From assembly GCA_944358825.1 (NCBI GenBank), contig CALVSA010000002.1:17707-81706 (forward strand): a DNA stretch of 64,000 nucleotides. Direction: 5' to 3'. This stretch comes from an uncultured Bacilli bacterium (GTDB lineage Bacteria; Bacillota_I; Bacilli_A; RF39; UBA660). Shown here piece by piece: positions 49,163 to 61,056 of the stretch (positions within the stretch are counted from its first letter, which is position 1; the number at the start of each line of letters is the position of its first letter). The notes under the pieces were generated by a model. That model was not told the DNA's origin and did no database searches. It was given only the letters and a program-made list of their open reading frames with translations. Made by a program: the position numbers and the translations under genes.

Positions 49163-50017
49163 TTATGCTCTTGGATGAGCATTTTCATATACTTTTTTTA
49201 CTTGTTCATTGGTAACATGTGTATAAATACTTGTTGTATCTAGTGATTCATGTCCTAATAATTTTTTAACACTTACTAAATCTGCACCATTATTTAACAT
49301 ATCTGTTGCAAAGGTATGTCTTAACATATGTGGTGTTATTTTAGTTTTAGCACCTGATATTAATTTTATTTTATTTAATATATTTCTTATCGAGGTAGTA
49401 CTTATTTTACCACCATTTTTATTTAGTATTAAGTAGTTAGAATTCTTTTTATTTATTTTATCTCTTTCTTTTAGATAATTATTAAGATTATTTAGACAAT
49501 TAGTAGAAAAGATAACTATTCTTTCTTTGGATCCTTTACCAAATATTTTTATTTCTCGATTATATAAATTAATATCATTTATTTTAATATTAACTAATTC
49601 ACTAACACGAATTCCTGTTACAAATAATAATTCTAATATTAATTTATCACGAATATTTTTAGTTTTAGAAAACATTAACTCTAAATCTTCATCTTTTATA
49701 TATTTTGGTAGTATTTTATCTTTTTTAGGATTTTTATGATTATTAAAATAATTATAAGCAATTATATCATTATTTACTAAATAATTATAAAAACTCCGAA
49801 GAGAGCTTAATTTTCTAGAAATACTATTTTTATTATATTTTTGATTATATAAATATTCTAGATAATAAACTACATCTTCATCTTTTATTTTCAAATAATC
49901 TACTTTATCTAGATAATTTATAAAATCAATAATATCTTTGTAATAATTATTAATAGTATATACAGAATATCTTTTATTACTCTTTATATAAGTAATATAA
50001 TCATCTAAATACTTCAT
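49163..50017 (-). CDS. Tyrosine site-specific recombinase, XerC/XerD family
   Basis: 284 aa. R (GIRVSEL), HMLRHTFAT and GHESLDTTSIYTH catalytic motifs. Confidence 0.75.
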   Translation of the reverse strand: MKYLDDYITYIKSNKRYSVYTINNYYKDIIDFINYLDKVDYLKIKDEDVVYYLEYLYNQKYNKNSISRKLSSLRSFYNYLVNNDIIAYNYFNNHKNPKKDKILPKYIKDEDLELMFSKTKNIRDKLILELLFVTGIRVSELVNIKINDINLYNREIKIFGKGSKERIVIFSTNCLNNLNNYLKERDKINKKNSNYLILNKNGGKISTTSIRNILNKIKLISGAKTKITPHMLRHTFATDMLNNGADLVSVKKLLGHESLDTTSIYTHVTNEQVKKVYENAHPRA

Positions 50018-50118
50018 ATTATCACCTTAACTACTATTTCATTATATAATTATAAATACTTAAAGTCAATTATTTTACAATAATTTGATAATATAAAAAC
50101 TGTATTTTTACACAGTAA

Positions 50119-51462
50119 TTAGTTAATTAATTGATAAGGAGAACTCGAAGTTCCATTACCAGAAGTTATTGTAACATTAGAGTTTAGATAAAGGACTGGG
50201 CGGGAGGAGCCGGAGTTAGTAGCATTGTTGAGGTCAACATAACCCATACTATGAACGATAAAGACGCGGTAGGAAATACCAGCGTGAGAAGCGAGTGTCC
50301 ATTGACGATTAGATGAATCATATAAATAATCATTGTTTTTACAATCACTATAACTTGAGCTATCCCAGTTATATAATTCTTTGGCTAAACATGATGCTCT
50401 ATTAGTTGTTGTTCCACCACTTGTTGCATACCCATAATCTGATGGATACATTAGGGCTATTTTACCTACCCATGTGGTTGGATTTCCAGAATATACTGTC
50501 GTTCCTCTTTCATAATTATAAAAGTGGCTGGCTAGTCCATTAGATGCACTTGTATATGAATTTGTTCCACCTAAATTCCATAAAGTGTTGCCAATCATAG
50601 ACTCTGCTTCACTTGTTAAGCTATTTAAATATTCACCATTTAAATATGTATTTAATGAGGCTGTTGACCAGTTGTTTCTATCATTTGAATCCCATACATA
50701 TTTTCCTATACTCTCATCTCTTATTATTTTTAATCTCTTTTCACTTTCGCCATTTTCACTAGATTTTACATCAAATACTCCTATTATTCTCCATAATTCA
50801 TTATTAAAACTTACATAGTTATTAGGATCTGCTCCCATATATCTTATATTACCATCTAGATCATCGTTATTCATGGTAGTTGGATTACTATCAAGTAATG
50901 ATGTTATTACATCAGTAGCTAATTTTGATTTAATATATTCACTACTTATTCCATCACTTACTATTTTTGCACTAAAAATCTTACCAATTTCCGTATTTGG
51001 TGTATTTATATCTAACCATATTCTTATACTTATTATCTTACTTTCTCCTGGATTTAGAGTTAAATCACTGGCTATAATATTATTCTCTAGATTAGATAAA
51101 CTAACAGGTTCATTATTATCTACCATTATTTTTATATAATTAGGATTTATTTGATTAGATGTAGTAGTGTTATTTAATAACAAATCAAAAGTATAAGCTA
51201 AATTACCTTTATTTGTTATTTTAAATCTATAAGGAGTACTACTCTTTCCCTCTTCATCTGTTATAGGCAAACTATTTGTAAGATTTAGTACCTCTCCTAA
51301 TCCTTCTTCATCATTTTCTATTACTATATCTAATATACCCGCAGTATAACTTTCTGTATTTTCTAGTTTATCTTTTCTAAAAAATAAAGCATAAGTAGTA
51401 GTTGATAAAATTAATAAAACTACTATTATTGATATAACTAATATAATTACTTTCTTTTTCAT
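50119..51462 (-). CDS. Secreted protein with a TasA/camelysin-like (SipW-cognate signal-peptide class) N-terminal domain and a unique Asn/Ser/Tyr-rich C-terminal domain
   Basis: The N-terminus MKKKVIILVISIIVVLLILSTTTYALFFRKDKLENTESYTAGILDI resembles TasA/CalY TWAAFNDIK...FASGTLDL. VLNLTNSLP...FKITNKGNLAYTFDL resembles VNLSNLKPGD..FENNGSLAI. The first ~180 aa are ~90% identical to the paralog at 61057. Confidence 0.5.
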   Translation of the reverse strand: MKKKVIILVISIIVVLLILSTTTYALFFRKDKLENTESYTAGILDIVIENDEEGLGEVLNLTNSLPITDEEGKSSTPYRFKITNKGNLAYTFDLLLNNTTTSNQINPNYIKIMVDNNEPVSLSNLENNIIASDLTLNPGESKIISIRIWLDINTPNTEIGKIFSAKIVSDGISSEYIKSKLATDVITSLLDSNPTTMNNDDLDGNIRYMGADPNNYVSFNNELWRIIGVFDVKSSENGESEKRLKIIRDESIGKYVWDSNDRNNWSTASLNTYLNGEYLNSLTSEAESMIGNTLWNLGGTNSYTSASNGLASHFYNYERGTTVYSGNPTTWVGKIALMYPSDYGYATSGGTTTNRASCLAKELYNWDSSSYSDCKNNDYLYDSSNRQWTLASHAGISYRVFIVHSMGYVDLNNATNSGSSRPVLYLNSNVTITSGNGTSSSPYQLIN

Positions 51463-51601
51463 ATTTTTACTCCTTTACATAACAAAAAAACAGAAAAAGA
51501 TTCTAAAATTTAGAATTATTTTCTGTTTTTACTGTTTTATTATTAAATATTTTACTATTTTTTAGTAATAAATTTGACCCCCGCATTTACTTATAGTTAA
51601 C
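50938..51601. repeat. Duplicated ~665-bp segment, copy A (5' coding region plus promoter plus upstream terminator), paralogous to 61648..62312
   Basis: About 90% nucleotide identity with long identical runs, including the hairpin AAAAACAGAAAAAGATTCTAAA-ATTTAGAATTATTTTCTGTTTTT. Confidence 0.85.
51486..51530 (-). terminator. Rho-independent terminator (long imperfect hairpin plus U-run) upstream of the TasA-like gene
   Basis: AAAAACAGAAAAAGATTCTAAAATTTAGAATTATTTTCTGTTTTT. Confidence 0.5.
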
Positions 51602-51633
51602 ATATTTATTTTCATTATTACACCTTCTTATTC

Positions 51634-52218
51634 TTATAAACTACTACGAAATGATTTTAATTCCTTAATAAAATCAGTAGTTTCTTCTTCATCTGTTATA
51701 TTATATAATTTTTCTTTATTTGTATTTAATAATTCTTTATATGAGATAATTGCTTCTTCTTCTTGCTTTTTCTCATAATCAGTAAGTTCTATAGTTTGTG
51801 GTTTATATTCGTTTTCTAGTTTTCTTGTTACTTCTTCAGTAAATGAAATATTTTCTTTTTTATCTAATTTATCTATTTTTATTTCATCATTTACAATATT
51901 AATTGGAGAAGTTTGATACCTTGCTGATATATCTTTTAATACATTTTTAGAATAAGGTCCTTCTTGTTTTTTTATTTCTTCTTTTACCTCTTCTACTTTT
52001 GGTACTTCTTTTATAACTTCTTTAATTACTTCTTTTACTATTTCTTTTGGTTCATTTTCTTTTAATTTAATAATTTCTTTTAACTTCTTATTTTTAATCG
52101 ATAAACTAATAGAAATAATAATTAATAATATAAAAGTAAAAATAACTACCCACAGTATTATCAACTCAATTGTACTTAAATTATTATAAATATTTACAAA
52201 ATTATCGATTACATACAT
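51634..52218 (-). CDS. Membrane-anchored protein with a KE-rich repeat region (KEVIKEVIKEV)
   Basis: 194 aa. N-terminal TM helix, then a charged repeat region. Confidence 0.45.
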   Translation of the reverse strand: MYVIDNFVNIYNNLSTIELIILWVVIFTFILLIIISISLSIKNKKLKEIIKLKENEPKEIVKEVIKEVIKEVPKVEEVKEEIKKQEGPYSKNVLKDISARYQTSPINIVNDEIKIDKLDKKENISFTEEVTRKLENEYKPQTIELTDYEKKQEEEAIISYKELLNTNKEKLYNITDEEETTDFIKELKSFRSSL

Positions 52219-52222
52219 AACA

Positions 52223-52933
52223 TCACTTCCTACAATTATAATTAATAATACTTGCTACATATATTGCAGCTGTCTCTACTCTTAAGATTAATTTACCAAA
52301 AGATACACTTATAAAATCACTTTTATTTAATTCTTCTTCCTCTTTTGGTTCAATCCCGCCTTCAGGGCCAATTACTACTATAATTTTATCATATTTTTTT
52401 ATGTTTTGTAAATAGTTAGAGATTAAATTTTCTTCTTTTGTACTTGCAATTAATTTTAGATCGTAATCTTCTTTTATTAACTCTTTTATTGTCATTGGTT
52501 TTTCAATTTTTGGAATTAAATCTCTTTTTGATTGTTCACTTGCTTCTTTGCATATACTATGCCATCTATCTAATTTTTTATCTATTTTTTTATCTTCTAG
52601 TTTAACAATACTTCTATTTAATTTTAAAGGTATAATTTTCTTTACACCTAGTTCTGTTAACTTTTGTAAAATTAAATCCATCTTTTGTTCTTTAACTAAA
52701 CCAATAGCAATTGTAATATCTATATCTAATTCATTATTTTCTTCTATAGTTTTGATTATTTCTATATCATTATTATTTATATTATTAATATTTGCAATAT
52801 ATAATTTTTCCTCATAAACTACTTCTATTTTATCATTATCTTTATATCTCATAACATTTTTTAGATGATGATAATCACTATCTAATAGAGTTACTTTATT
52901 ATTTTCTATATTTTTAACAAAATATCTTTGCAT
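52223..52933 (-). CDS. rsmE: 16S rRNA (uracil1498-N3)-methyltransferase RsmE family
   Basis: 236 aa. The C-terminal SPOUT motif is IIVVIGPEGGIEPKEEEEL. It lies downstream of dnaJ, as in Bacillus. Confidence 0.7.
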   Translation of the reverse strand: MQRYFVKNIENNKVTLLDSDYHHLKNVMRYKDNDKIEVVYEEKLYIANINNINNNDIEIIKTIEENNELDIDITIAIGLVKEQKMDLILQKLTELGVKKIIPLKLNRSIVKLEDKKIDKKLDRWHSICKEASEQSKRDLIPKIEKPMTIKELIKEDYDLKLIASTKEENLISNYLQNIKKYDKIIVVIGPEGGIEPKEEEELNKSDFISVSFGKLILRVETAAIYVASIINYNCRK

Positions 52934-52996
52934 AAAATCACCTACTAATTATTTTATCAAATAATTTTATATTAATCTATAATAAAAAGAAAGTTT

Positions 52997-54109
52997 TTAA
53001 TCTCTTAAGAACTTTCTTATTTTATTTAGAAAAGAATTATCTTCTTTCATAACATTATTTAAATTTTCAAAAGCTTTTTTCTCTTCTTTAGTTAATTTAG
53101 TTGGAATTTGTACTTTTATAGTAACATACATATCTCCTTTTTTAGAAGTATTTACATTGGCTACTCCTTTTGATCTTAATTTTAATTTACTATTACTTTG
53201 TGTACCTGCAGGTATTGTTAAATCTACTTTACCATATAAAGTTGGTATTTCTTTTTTACATCCTAGTACTGCTTCCGGAATTGTAATTGGTAAATCTAGA
53301 TATATATCATCGTCTTCTCTTTGATATATTTCATGGTCTTTAACACTAAATTCGATATATAAATCTCCATTACGACCACCATTTATTCCAGCTTCACCTT
53401 TTTGGGCAAGACGAAGTCTATTTCCATCATCGATACCCGCTGGTATATTTACTTCAATAGTTTTAGTTGTTTTAATACGACCTATTCCACGACAATTGCT
53501 GCATTTTTTAGCGTAAGTTTTTCCTTTTCCTTGACATTCTGGACAAGTAGTTCTAGTTAAGAATGATCCGAAAATTGTTCTTTGCTCACTAGTGATGGTT
53601 CCACTTCCATGACACTGGCTACATGTTGTCTCATCAAAGCCACCCTTACCATTACATTCACTACATGTATCTTCTAAAGTTACTTTTAGATCTTTTTTAC
53701 AACCAAATACTGCTTCTTCAAAAGTTAGATTCATATGTTCTAATATATCATCGCCACGACGGGCATTGGAGCTTTTACTTCTAGATGATGAAAATCCAAA
53801 GCCCATACCTCCTAGGATGTCATCAAATATATCTGACATACTACCAAAATCAAAGCCATCAAAACCACTAAAGCCACCTTGAGCATTTGTAAATGCACTA
53901 TGTCCAAATTGATCATATTTTCTACGTTTTTCTTCATCAGATAAAACTGCATATGCTTCTTGGGCTTCTTTAAATTTTTCAGCAGCATTTTCTTCTTTTG
54001 AAACATCCGGATGATATTTTTTTGCTAGCTTTCTAAAGGCTGATTTTATTTCATCTTGGCTTGCTGTTTTAGAAACACCAAGTATTTCATAATAGTCTTT
54101 TTTATTCAT
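52997..54109 (-). CDS. dnaJ: Chaperone DnaJ
   Basis: J domain (DYYEILGV...KKYHPD), G/F region and four CxxCxGxG zinc-finger repeats. Confidence 0.9.
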   Translation of the reverse strand: MNKKDYYEILGVSKTASQDEIKSAFRKLAKKYHPDVSKEENAAEKFKEAQEAYAVLSDEEKRRKYDQFGHSAFTNAQGGFSGFDGFDFGSMSDIFDDILGGMGFGFSSSRSKSSNARRGDDILEHMNLTFEEAVFGCKKDLKVTLEDTCSECNGKGGFDETTCSQCHGSGTITSEQRTIFGSFLTRTTCPECQGKGKTYAKKCSNCRGIGRIKTTKTIEVNIPAGIDDGNRLRLAQKGEAGINGGRNGDLYIEFSVKDHEIYQREDDDIYLDLPITIPEAVLGCKKEIPTLYGKVDLTIPAGTQSNSKLKLRSKGVANVNTSKKGDMYVTIKVQIPTKLTKEEKKAFENLNNVMKEDNSFLNKIRKFLRD

Positions 54110-54156
54110 AAATAACCTCTTTCTATTATATAAGAGAAGTCCTAGTTACCTAGAAC

Positions 54157-56001
<1,845 letters not shown>

Positions 56002-56052
56002 TTATTTTTTCGCCCAATTATAAAGGGCATGTTTTCCCTTTTTATTCTTTAT

Positions 56053-56259
56053 TTATTCATCATCATTTTTAGCATCAATTATTTTTACTTTTTTATTACT
56101 TTTAGTTGTCTTTTTTGGTTTCATTGAATTATATATTAGAAAAGCTACTATTATAATTAAAACTATTGGTAATAACCAAATAAATAATTTAACAGCAATT
56201 ATAGCAATAACAATTGCAAGTATTATATATAATATTTGTTTTATATTATTTTTATCCAT
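56053..56259 (-). CDS. Small membrane protein (68 aa) inserted between grpE and dnaK
   Basis: AGGAG RBS. A two-TM hydrophobic core with a lysine-rich tail. Confidence 0.45.
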   Translation of the reverse strand: MDKNNIKQILYIILAIVIAIIAVKLFIWLLPIVLIIIVAFLIYNSMKPKKTTKSNKKVKIIDAKNDDE

Positions 56260-56269
56260 TACTCATCTC

Positions 56270-56791
56270 CTAACTATTTACTTTAACCATTGCTGGTCTT
56301 ATTACTTTATCTTTATAAGTATAACCTTTTTGCATGACATCTAATATAATACCTTCTTCTTTAGTATCATCATGTTCCTGCAAAACAGCTTGATGATAAG
56401 TTGGATCAAATTTAGTGTTTAAGGCATTTATTTCTTTTACTTCTAATTTGTCTAATACATTTTTTAAATCAGCATAAATCATTTTAAAACCACTTAAGAA
56501 TTTAGATACTTCATCTTCTAAATTATCATCATCCATATTAATTGCTCTTTCAAAGTTATCAAGAATTGGTAGTATTTGTTTTATTATATCTTCATTAGCA
56601 TATTTTAACATTTTTGAGACTTCTTCATCACGTCTTCTTTTATAATTCATAAGTTCTGCTTGATTGCGAAGCAAACTGTTTTCTAATTCTTTTATTCTAT
56701 TACCAAGTAATTCTACTTCATTATTTGTTATTTCTTCTTCTATTTCTTCATTTTCTATTTTTTTCTTTTTATCTTCTTTTTTAGTTTTCAT
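56270..56791 (-). CDS. grpE: Nucleotide exchange factor GrpE
   Basis: 173 aa with the GrpE pattern (..ILPILDNFERAI.., DVMQKGY..). Confidence 0.85.
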   Translation of the reverse strand: MKTKKEDKKKKIENEEIEEEITNNEVELLGNRIKELENSLLRNQAELMNYKRRRDEEVSKMLKYANEDIIKQILPILDNFERAINMDDDNLEDEVSKFLSGFKMIYADLKNVLDKLEVKEINALNTKFDPTYHQAVLQEHDDTKEEGIILDVMQKGYTYKDKVIRPAMVKVNS

Positions 56792-57785
56792 CTTGACCTC
56801 CTATATTTTGTTTTATATAATCGAGCAATCCAACAACTTTATCATATTCCATTCTTTTTGGTCCAATAATGGCAATAGTTCCTTCATCACCATCAATATT
56901 ATATTTTGTTTTTACTATCGATAAATCATCAGAAATATCACTATCACTACCGATATAGATATTTACTCCATTATCATCTTCAGTCATTTTATCTACAAAA
57001 GAAATATTATCAAATTTATTTAAAATATCTTTTACTTTATCAATATCATTAAATTCTGGTTGATTTAAAAATTTAGTTTTGCCCGCGAAGTGAACATCAC
57101 TATTTTTATGATTTATTTCATTAAAAGCATCATAGAAAGTATTATATAATATTTCATGTTGTTTTACATATTTAGCGATAATTGGTTTTACTGAATATTC
57201 TAATTTCTCACTTATTTCATCAAGTGGTGTACCAACGACTAATTTATTTATTAAATCAACTGTTTTTTTAACCTCTTCAGTAGAAATTGTTAATGGTAAA
57301 TTAAGTGTTTTATGTTCAACAAAACCTTTATCAGTAATTACCATAGTTAGTACTTTATTAGCTTCTAGTGGAATTGTTTCTACTTTTTTCAATCTATTAT
57401 CTTGGGCACTTTTACCTAATACTAGTGTAGTATAATTAGTAATTTCAGAAACTATCTCAATACTTTTTTTAATTGTATCATTTAAATCAAGAGTACTATT
57501 ATGAAAAATTGTTTGTAATTTTAACATATCTTCGCCACTCATATTTTTAGGTTGCATCAAATTATTTACATAATAACGATATCCTTCTTCACTTGGTTGG
57601 CGTCCTGATGCAAAATGATTTTTCTCTAAAAGATGATAGTCTTCTAAAATTACCATTTCATTTCTAATTGTTGCTGAAGAACAATTTAGTTTATTGCATA
57701 TTTTATTTGAACTTACTGGTTTAGCTGTTTTTATATATTCTTCAACAATGTATTTTAATATTTCTTTTTGTCTTTCTGTAAGCAT
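56781..57785 (-). CDS. hrcA: Heat-inducible transcription repressor HrcA
   Basis: 334 aa. N-terminal winged helix MLTERQKEILKYIVEEYIKTAKPVSS. First gene of the dnaK operon. Confidence 0.85.
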   Translation of the reverse strand: MLTERQKEILKYIVEEYIKTAKPVSSNKICNKLNCSSATIRNEMVILEDYHLLEKNHFASGRQPSEEGYRYYVNNLMQPKNMSGEDMLKLQTIFHNSTLDLNDTIKKSIEIVSEITNYTTLVLGKSAQDNRLKKVETIPLEANKVLTMVITDKGFVEHKTLNLPLTISTEEVKKTVDLINKLVVGTPLDEISEKLEYSVKPIIAKYVKQHEILYNTFYDAFNEINHKNSDVHFAGKTKFLNQPEFNDIDKVKDILNKFDNISFVDKMTEDDNGVNIYIGSDSDISDDLSIVKTKYNIDGDEGTIAIIGPKRMEYDKVVGLLDYIKQNIGGQDEN

Positions 57786-57925
57786 TTTATCACTTCCTTG
57801 GCAATGCTATTATATGACTGCTAAAGTAATTATATGATATTTTTTTAGCAGTGTCAATAGAAAACTGCTAATTTTTTGTTTTTTTTATAAAAAAAACTTC
57901 GAGTTTGACTCAAAGTTTATTAAAA

Positions 57926-58705
57926 CTATAATGTTTTTTTATTTGCATCTCTATAATTTAAATCTTCTTGGTAGTTATATAACTCTTCATAACTAATATC
58001 TATAGTATCATTTAAATTATAATAATTAGTTATACTAGAAATTGCTAAATTAGGATCACCAATAATGGCGTTTTTAACATTCTCGCATTCACTACCTACT
58101 CCATCTTGATAGTAACTAATAAGTTGTCCGTCATAATAAATTGCCTTACTACTAATAGTATCTCCTTCTTTAAATTCTTTTTTTCCTTCTGGCAAAACTA
58201 TTTTTGTATCTAAATCTCTTTTAGCACTCATAGAAGAGCTTATTACATCATAAGTAACACCTGCTAGTTCGCTTATTTTCTGATGTTTTAATGTATAGTC
58301 AAAATTATCAGAGTTTAACCACTCATTAGTGTTATACATACTATATGAATCAGGTAAAACTATTTTTATGTTTTCACGATAAAATGCTGAAGTCTTATCG
58401 TTAAAAATATTTGTTCCATATTCTTCACTTTGTTCTATTTTAGCAAAATTAAGAGTTCTAATAGTATTATTAAAATCATAATTTTCACTATAAAAATTAC
58501 TTCTATCAACGACATAAGTATATAATCCATCTTTTGTTCCTACAAGAGAACTACTTACATTATAACCTATTTCTTTTTCTTCTTTTCCTTTATTATTACA
58601 AGATGTAAGTCCCAATAATGTGGTAGCTGCTAAAGCTAAACTGATGGTTCTTTTGCTCATTTTCTTTAAAAATTCTTTGTTTACATTTAAGTTATTTATT
58701 TTCAT
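57926..58705 (-). CDS. Lipoprotein (259 aa)
   Basis: Signal peptide with lipobox LTSC. Confidence 0.55.
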   Translation of the reverse strand: MKINNLNVNKEFLKKMSKRTISLALAATTLLGLTSCNNKGKEEKEIGYNVSSSLVGTKDGLYTYVVDRSNFYSENYDFNNTIRTLNFAKIEQSEEYGTNIFNDKTSAFYRENIKIVLPDSYSMYNTNEWLNSDNFDYTLKHQKISELAGVTYDVISSSMSAKRDLDTKIVLPEGKKEFKEGDTISSKAIYYDGQLISYYQDGVGSECENVKNAIIGDPNLAISSITNYYNLNDTIDISYEELYNYQEDLNYRDANKKTL

Positions 58706-58923
58706 ATAACTCTTTCCCCCTTTTTTAAATTGCTGTTATTATAGCACTTTATATCTTACTTGTCAAGTATTTTATAATACATTTGTTTTTATCAAAATTA
58801 AAAAAATTTAATTTATTTATTTTTTTGTATAATTTATTTATTTATAGAACATAATATTAACGGAAAACAAAATAGTTTTCCATTAAAAGAAGCACTTGGG
58901 TATTTACTCAAGTGCTTTTTATT

Positions 58924-59796
58924 TTATCCATTTATTTGTTTTGCAACTTCATCAGCAAAGTTTTCTTCTTTTTTCTCCATTCCTTCACCAACTTCATAAC
59001 GTACAAAACTATTTATTTTACTATTTTTAGATTCAACATATTTACCAACTTTAGTTTTATTTTCTTTTACAAAGCCTTGATCAACTAAACATACTTCTTC
59101 ATAAAATTTATTTAGGCGTCCATTTACTATCATTGGTATTTTATTAGTATCTAAACCTTCATTTTCAGCTTGTTCTGTTAAAATAGTTTTTTCTTTTTCA
59201 ATTACTTCACTTGGAACTTCTTCTCTAGTTAAATAACTAGGACGCATTGCAGCAATTTGCATGGCAATATCTTTAGCTAGTTCTACGTCATTTCCATCCA
59301 TTACACATAATGTTACTATTTTACCACCCATATGTGAATATGTTCCAAATACTTGATTATCTTCTTTTGTTACTTTTGTAAATCTTCTAAATGATAATTT
59401 TTCACCAATTGTAGATATTTTTTCAACAATTAACTCTTCTAATGTTTTATCATCAACATTTAATTTTAGTGCATCTTCAACATTAGTAACATTACTTTCT
59501 AATAAAATATCAGCAATTTTATCTACTAAAGATTTAAACTCTTCATTTTTAGCAACAAAATCAGTTTCAGAATTTACTTCTAATATAACTGCATTATTAC
59601 CGTTTACTTTTGTAAGTCCAAGTCCTTCTGCTGCGATTCTTGAAGCTTTTTTAGCGGCTTTAGAGATACCTTTTTCTCTTAACCATGTAATTGCTTCTTC
59701 CATATTACCATTAGTTTCTTCTAATGCTTTTTTACAATCTAACATGCCGGCGCCAGTTGTTTCTCTTAATTCTTTAACCATGCTTGCACTTATCAT
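58924..59796 (-). CDS. tsf: Elongation factor Ts
   Basis: 290 aa. N-terminal UBA-like region VKELRETTGAGMLDCKKALEE. Confidence 0.9.
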   Translation of the reverse strand: MISASMVKELRETTGAGMLDCKKALEETNGNMEEAITWLREKGISKAAKKASRIAAEGLGLTKVNGNNAVILEVNSETDFVAKNEEFKSLVDKIADILLESNVTNVEDALKLNVDDKTLEELIVEKISTIGEKLSFRRFTKVTKEDNQVFGTYSHMGGKIVTLCVMDGNDVELAKDIAMQIAAMRPSYLTREEVPSEVIEKEKTILTEQAENEGLDTNKIPMIVNGRLNKFYEEVCLVDQGFVKENKTKVGKYVESKNSKINSFVRYEVGEGMEKKEENFADEVAKQING

Positions 59797-59810
59797 TTTA
59801 CTCTTCCTTT

Positions 59811-60788
59811 CTATTTTAAGCTTGCTATTAATTCATCTTTTTTCATTTTTGAATAGCCTTTTATTTCTTTTTTCTTGGCTAATTCACGTAGTTCAGATAC
59901 TGTTAATATTTCTAAATCTATTTTAGTTTCAACTTCTTTATTAACTGTTTCTTCTTTTTTTGGCTCTTCTTTTGTTTCTTTTACTTCTTTATTTTCTTTT
60001 TTCTCTTCTTTTTTAGTTTCTTTTTTTACTTCTTTGGTCTTTTTGCTTTCGCTTTTATCGAATTTAGTTTTCTTATTTTCATCTTCTGTTACATAATCTA
60101 CTAAAGTACCACCATTAGCTTCTACTATTGCATTTGTTAATGCTCCAAGAACAACTTTAATACTTCTTACTGCATCATCGTTTCCTGGAATTACATAATC
60201 TACCATATCTGGATCACAATTTGTATCAATTATTCCAAATACTGGTATTTTTAATTTTCTAGCCTCACGAATAGCGTTGTATTCTTTAGTTGAATCAACA
60301 ATAATAATTGCTTGTGGTAATCTTTGCATATCGCGAATACCATGTAGGTTACGATCTAATTTTTCGTATTCTTTTTTAAGACCAATTACTTCTTTTTTAG
60401 GTAATTTTTCAAATGTACCATCTTTTTCCATCTTTTCGATTTCTTCTAATCTGTTAACTCTTTTTCTAATTGTTCTAAAATTAGTTAGTGTTCCTCCTAA
60501 CCATCTTTCAGTAACATAATACATTCCTGCTCTTTCAGCTTCTTCTTTGCAAACTTCACTAGCTTGTTTTTTAGTTCCAACGTATAGAACTTTTCCACCT
60601 TCTTGAGCAATTTTGTGTAAAGCATTATATGCTTCTTCTATTTTTTCTACTGTTTTAGATAAATCGATAATATAAATATCGTCTCTTGAGTTGTAGATAT
60701 ACTCTTTCATTTTTGGATTCCATCTTTTGGTTTGATGACCAAAATGAACTCCAGCTTCTAATAAGTAGCTCATAGATACTACTGCCAT
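59811..60788 (-). CDS. rpsB: 30S ribosomal protein S2 with a ~100-aa Lys/Glu-rich C-terminal extension ending in a Rho_N/SAP-like helix-extended-helix motif
   Basis: [27 protein letters not shown] is a canonical S2 N-terminus, with an AAGGAGG RBS before ATG at 60788. The tail is [54 protein letters not shown]. Confidence 0.9.
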   Translation of the reverse strand: MAVVSMSYLLEAGVHFGHQTKRWNPKMKEYIYNSRDDIYIIDLSKTVEKIEEAYNALHKIAQEGGKVLYVGTKKQASEVCKEEAERAGMYYVTERWLGGTLTNFRTIRKRVNRLEEIEKMEKDGTFEKLPKKEVIGLKKEYEKLDRNLHGIRDMQRLPQAIIIVDSTKEYNAIREARKLKIPVFGIIDTNCDPDMVDYVIPGNDDAVRSIKVVLGALTNAIVEANGGTLVDYVTEDENKKTKFDKSESKKTKEVKKETKKEEKKENKEVKETKEEPKKEETVNKEVETKIDLEILTVSELRELAKKKEIKGYSKMKKDELIASLK

Positions 60789-61056
60789 TTTATTTCCTCC
60801 TTTTGTTTTTCCTCCAAATACTTCTTCTTTAAACATCACCTAATAGGCACTAGATATTTAAATCAGTATTTGTGTGTATTTTTGAAAAGCCATAAATATA
60901 TTATCATGTTTTATGGCTTTTTACAACTATATTTTGTTATTTTTTTATGTTTTTTTAAAGCGATGCTTAATGATTTATCTAAATACTATTATATATTATG
61001 TTTATTTATATATATGATGTATGTATATGATAAATTATTATATACATAATAGCAAC

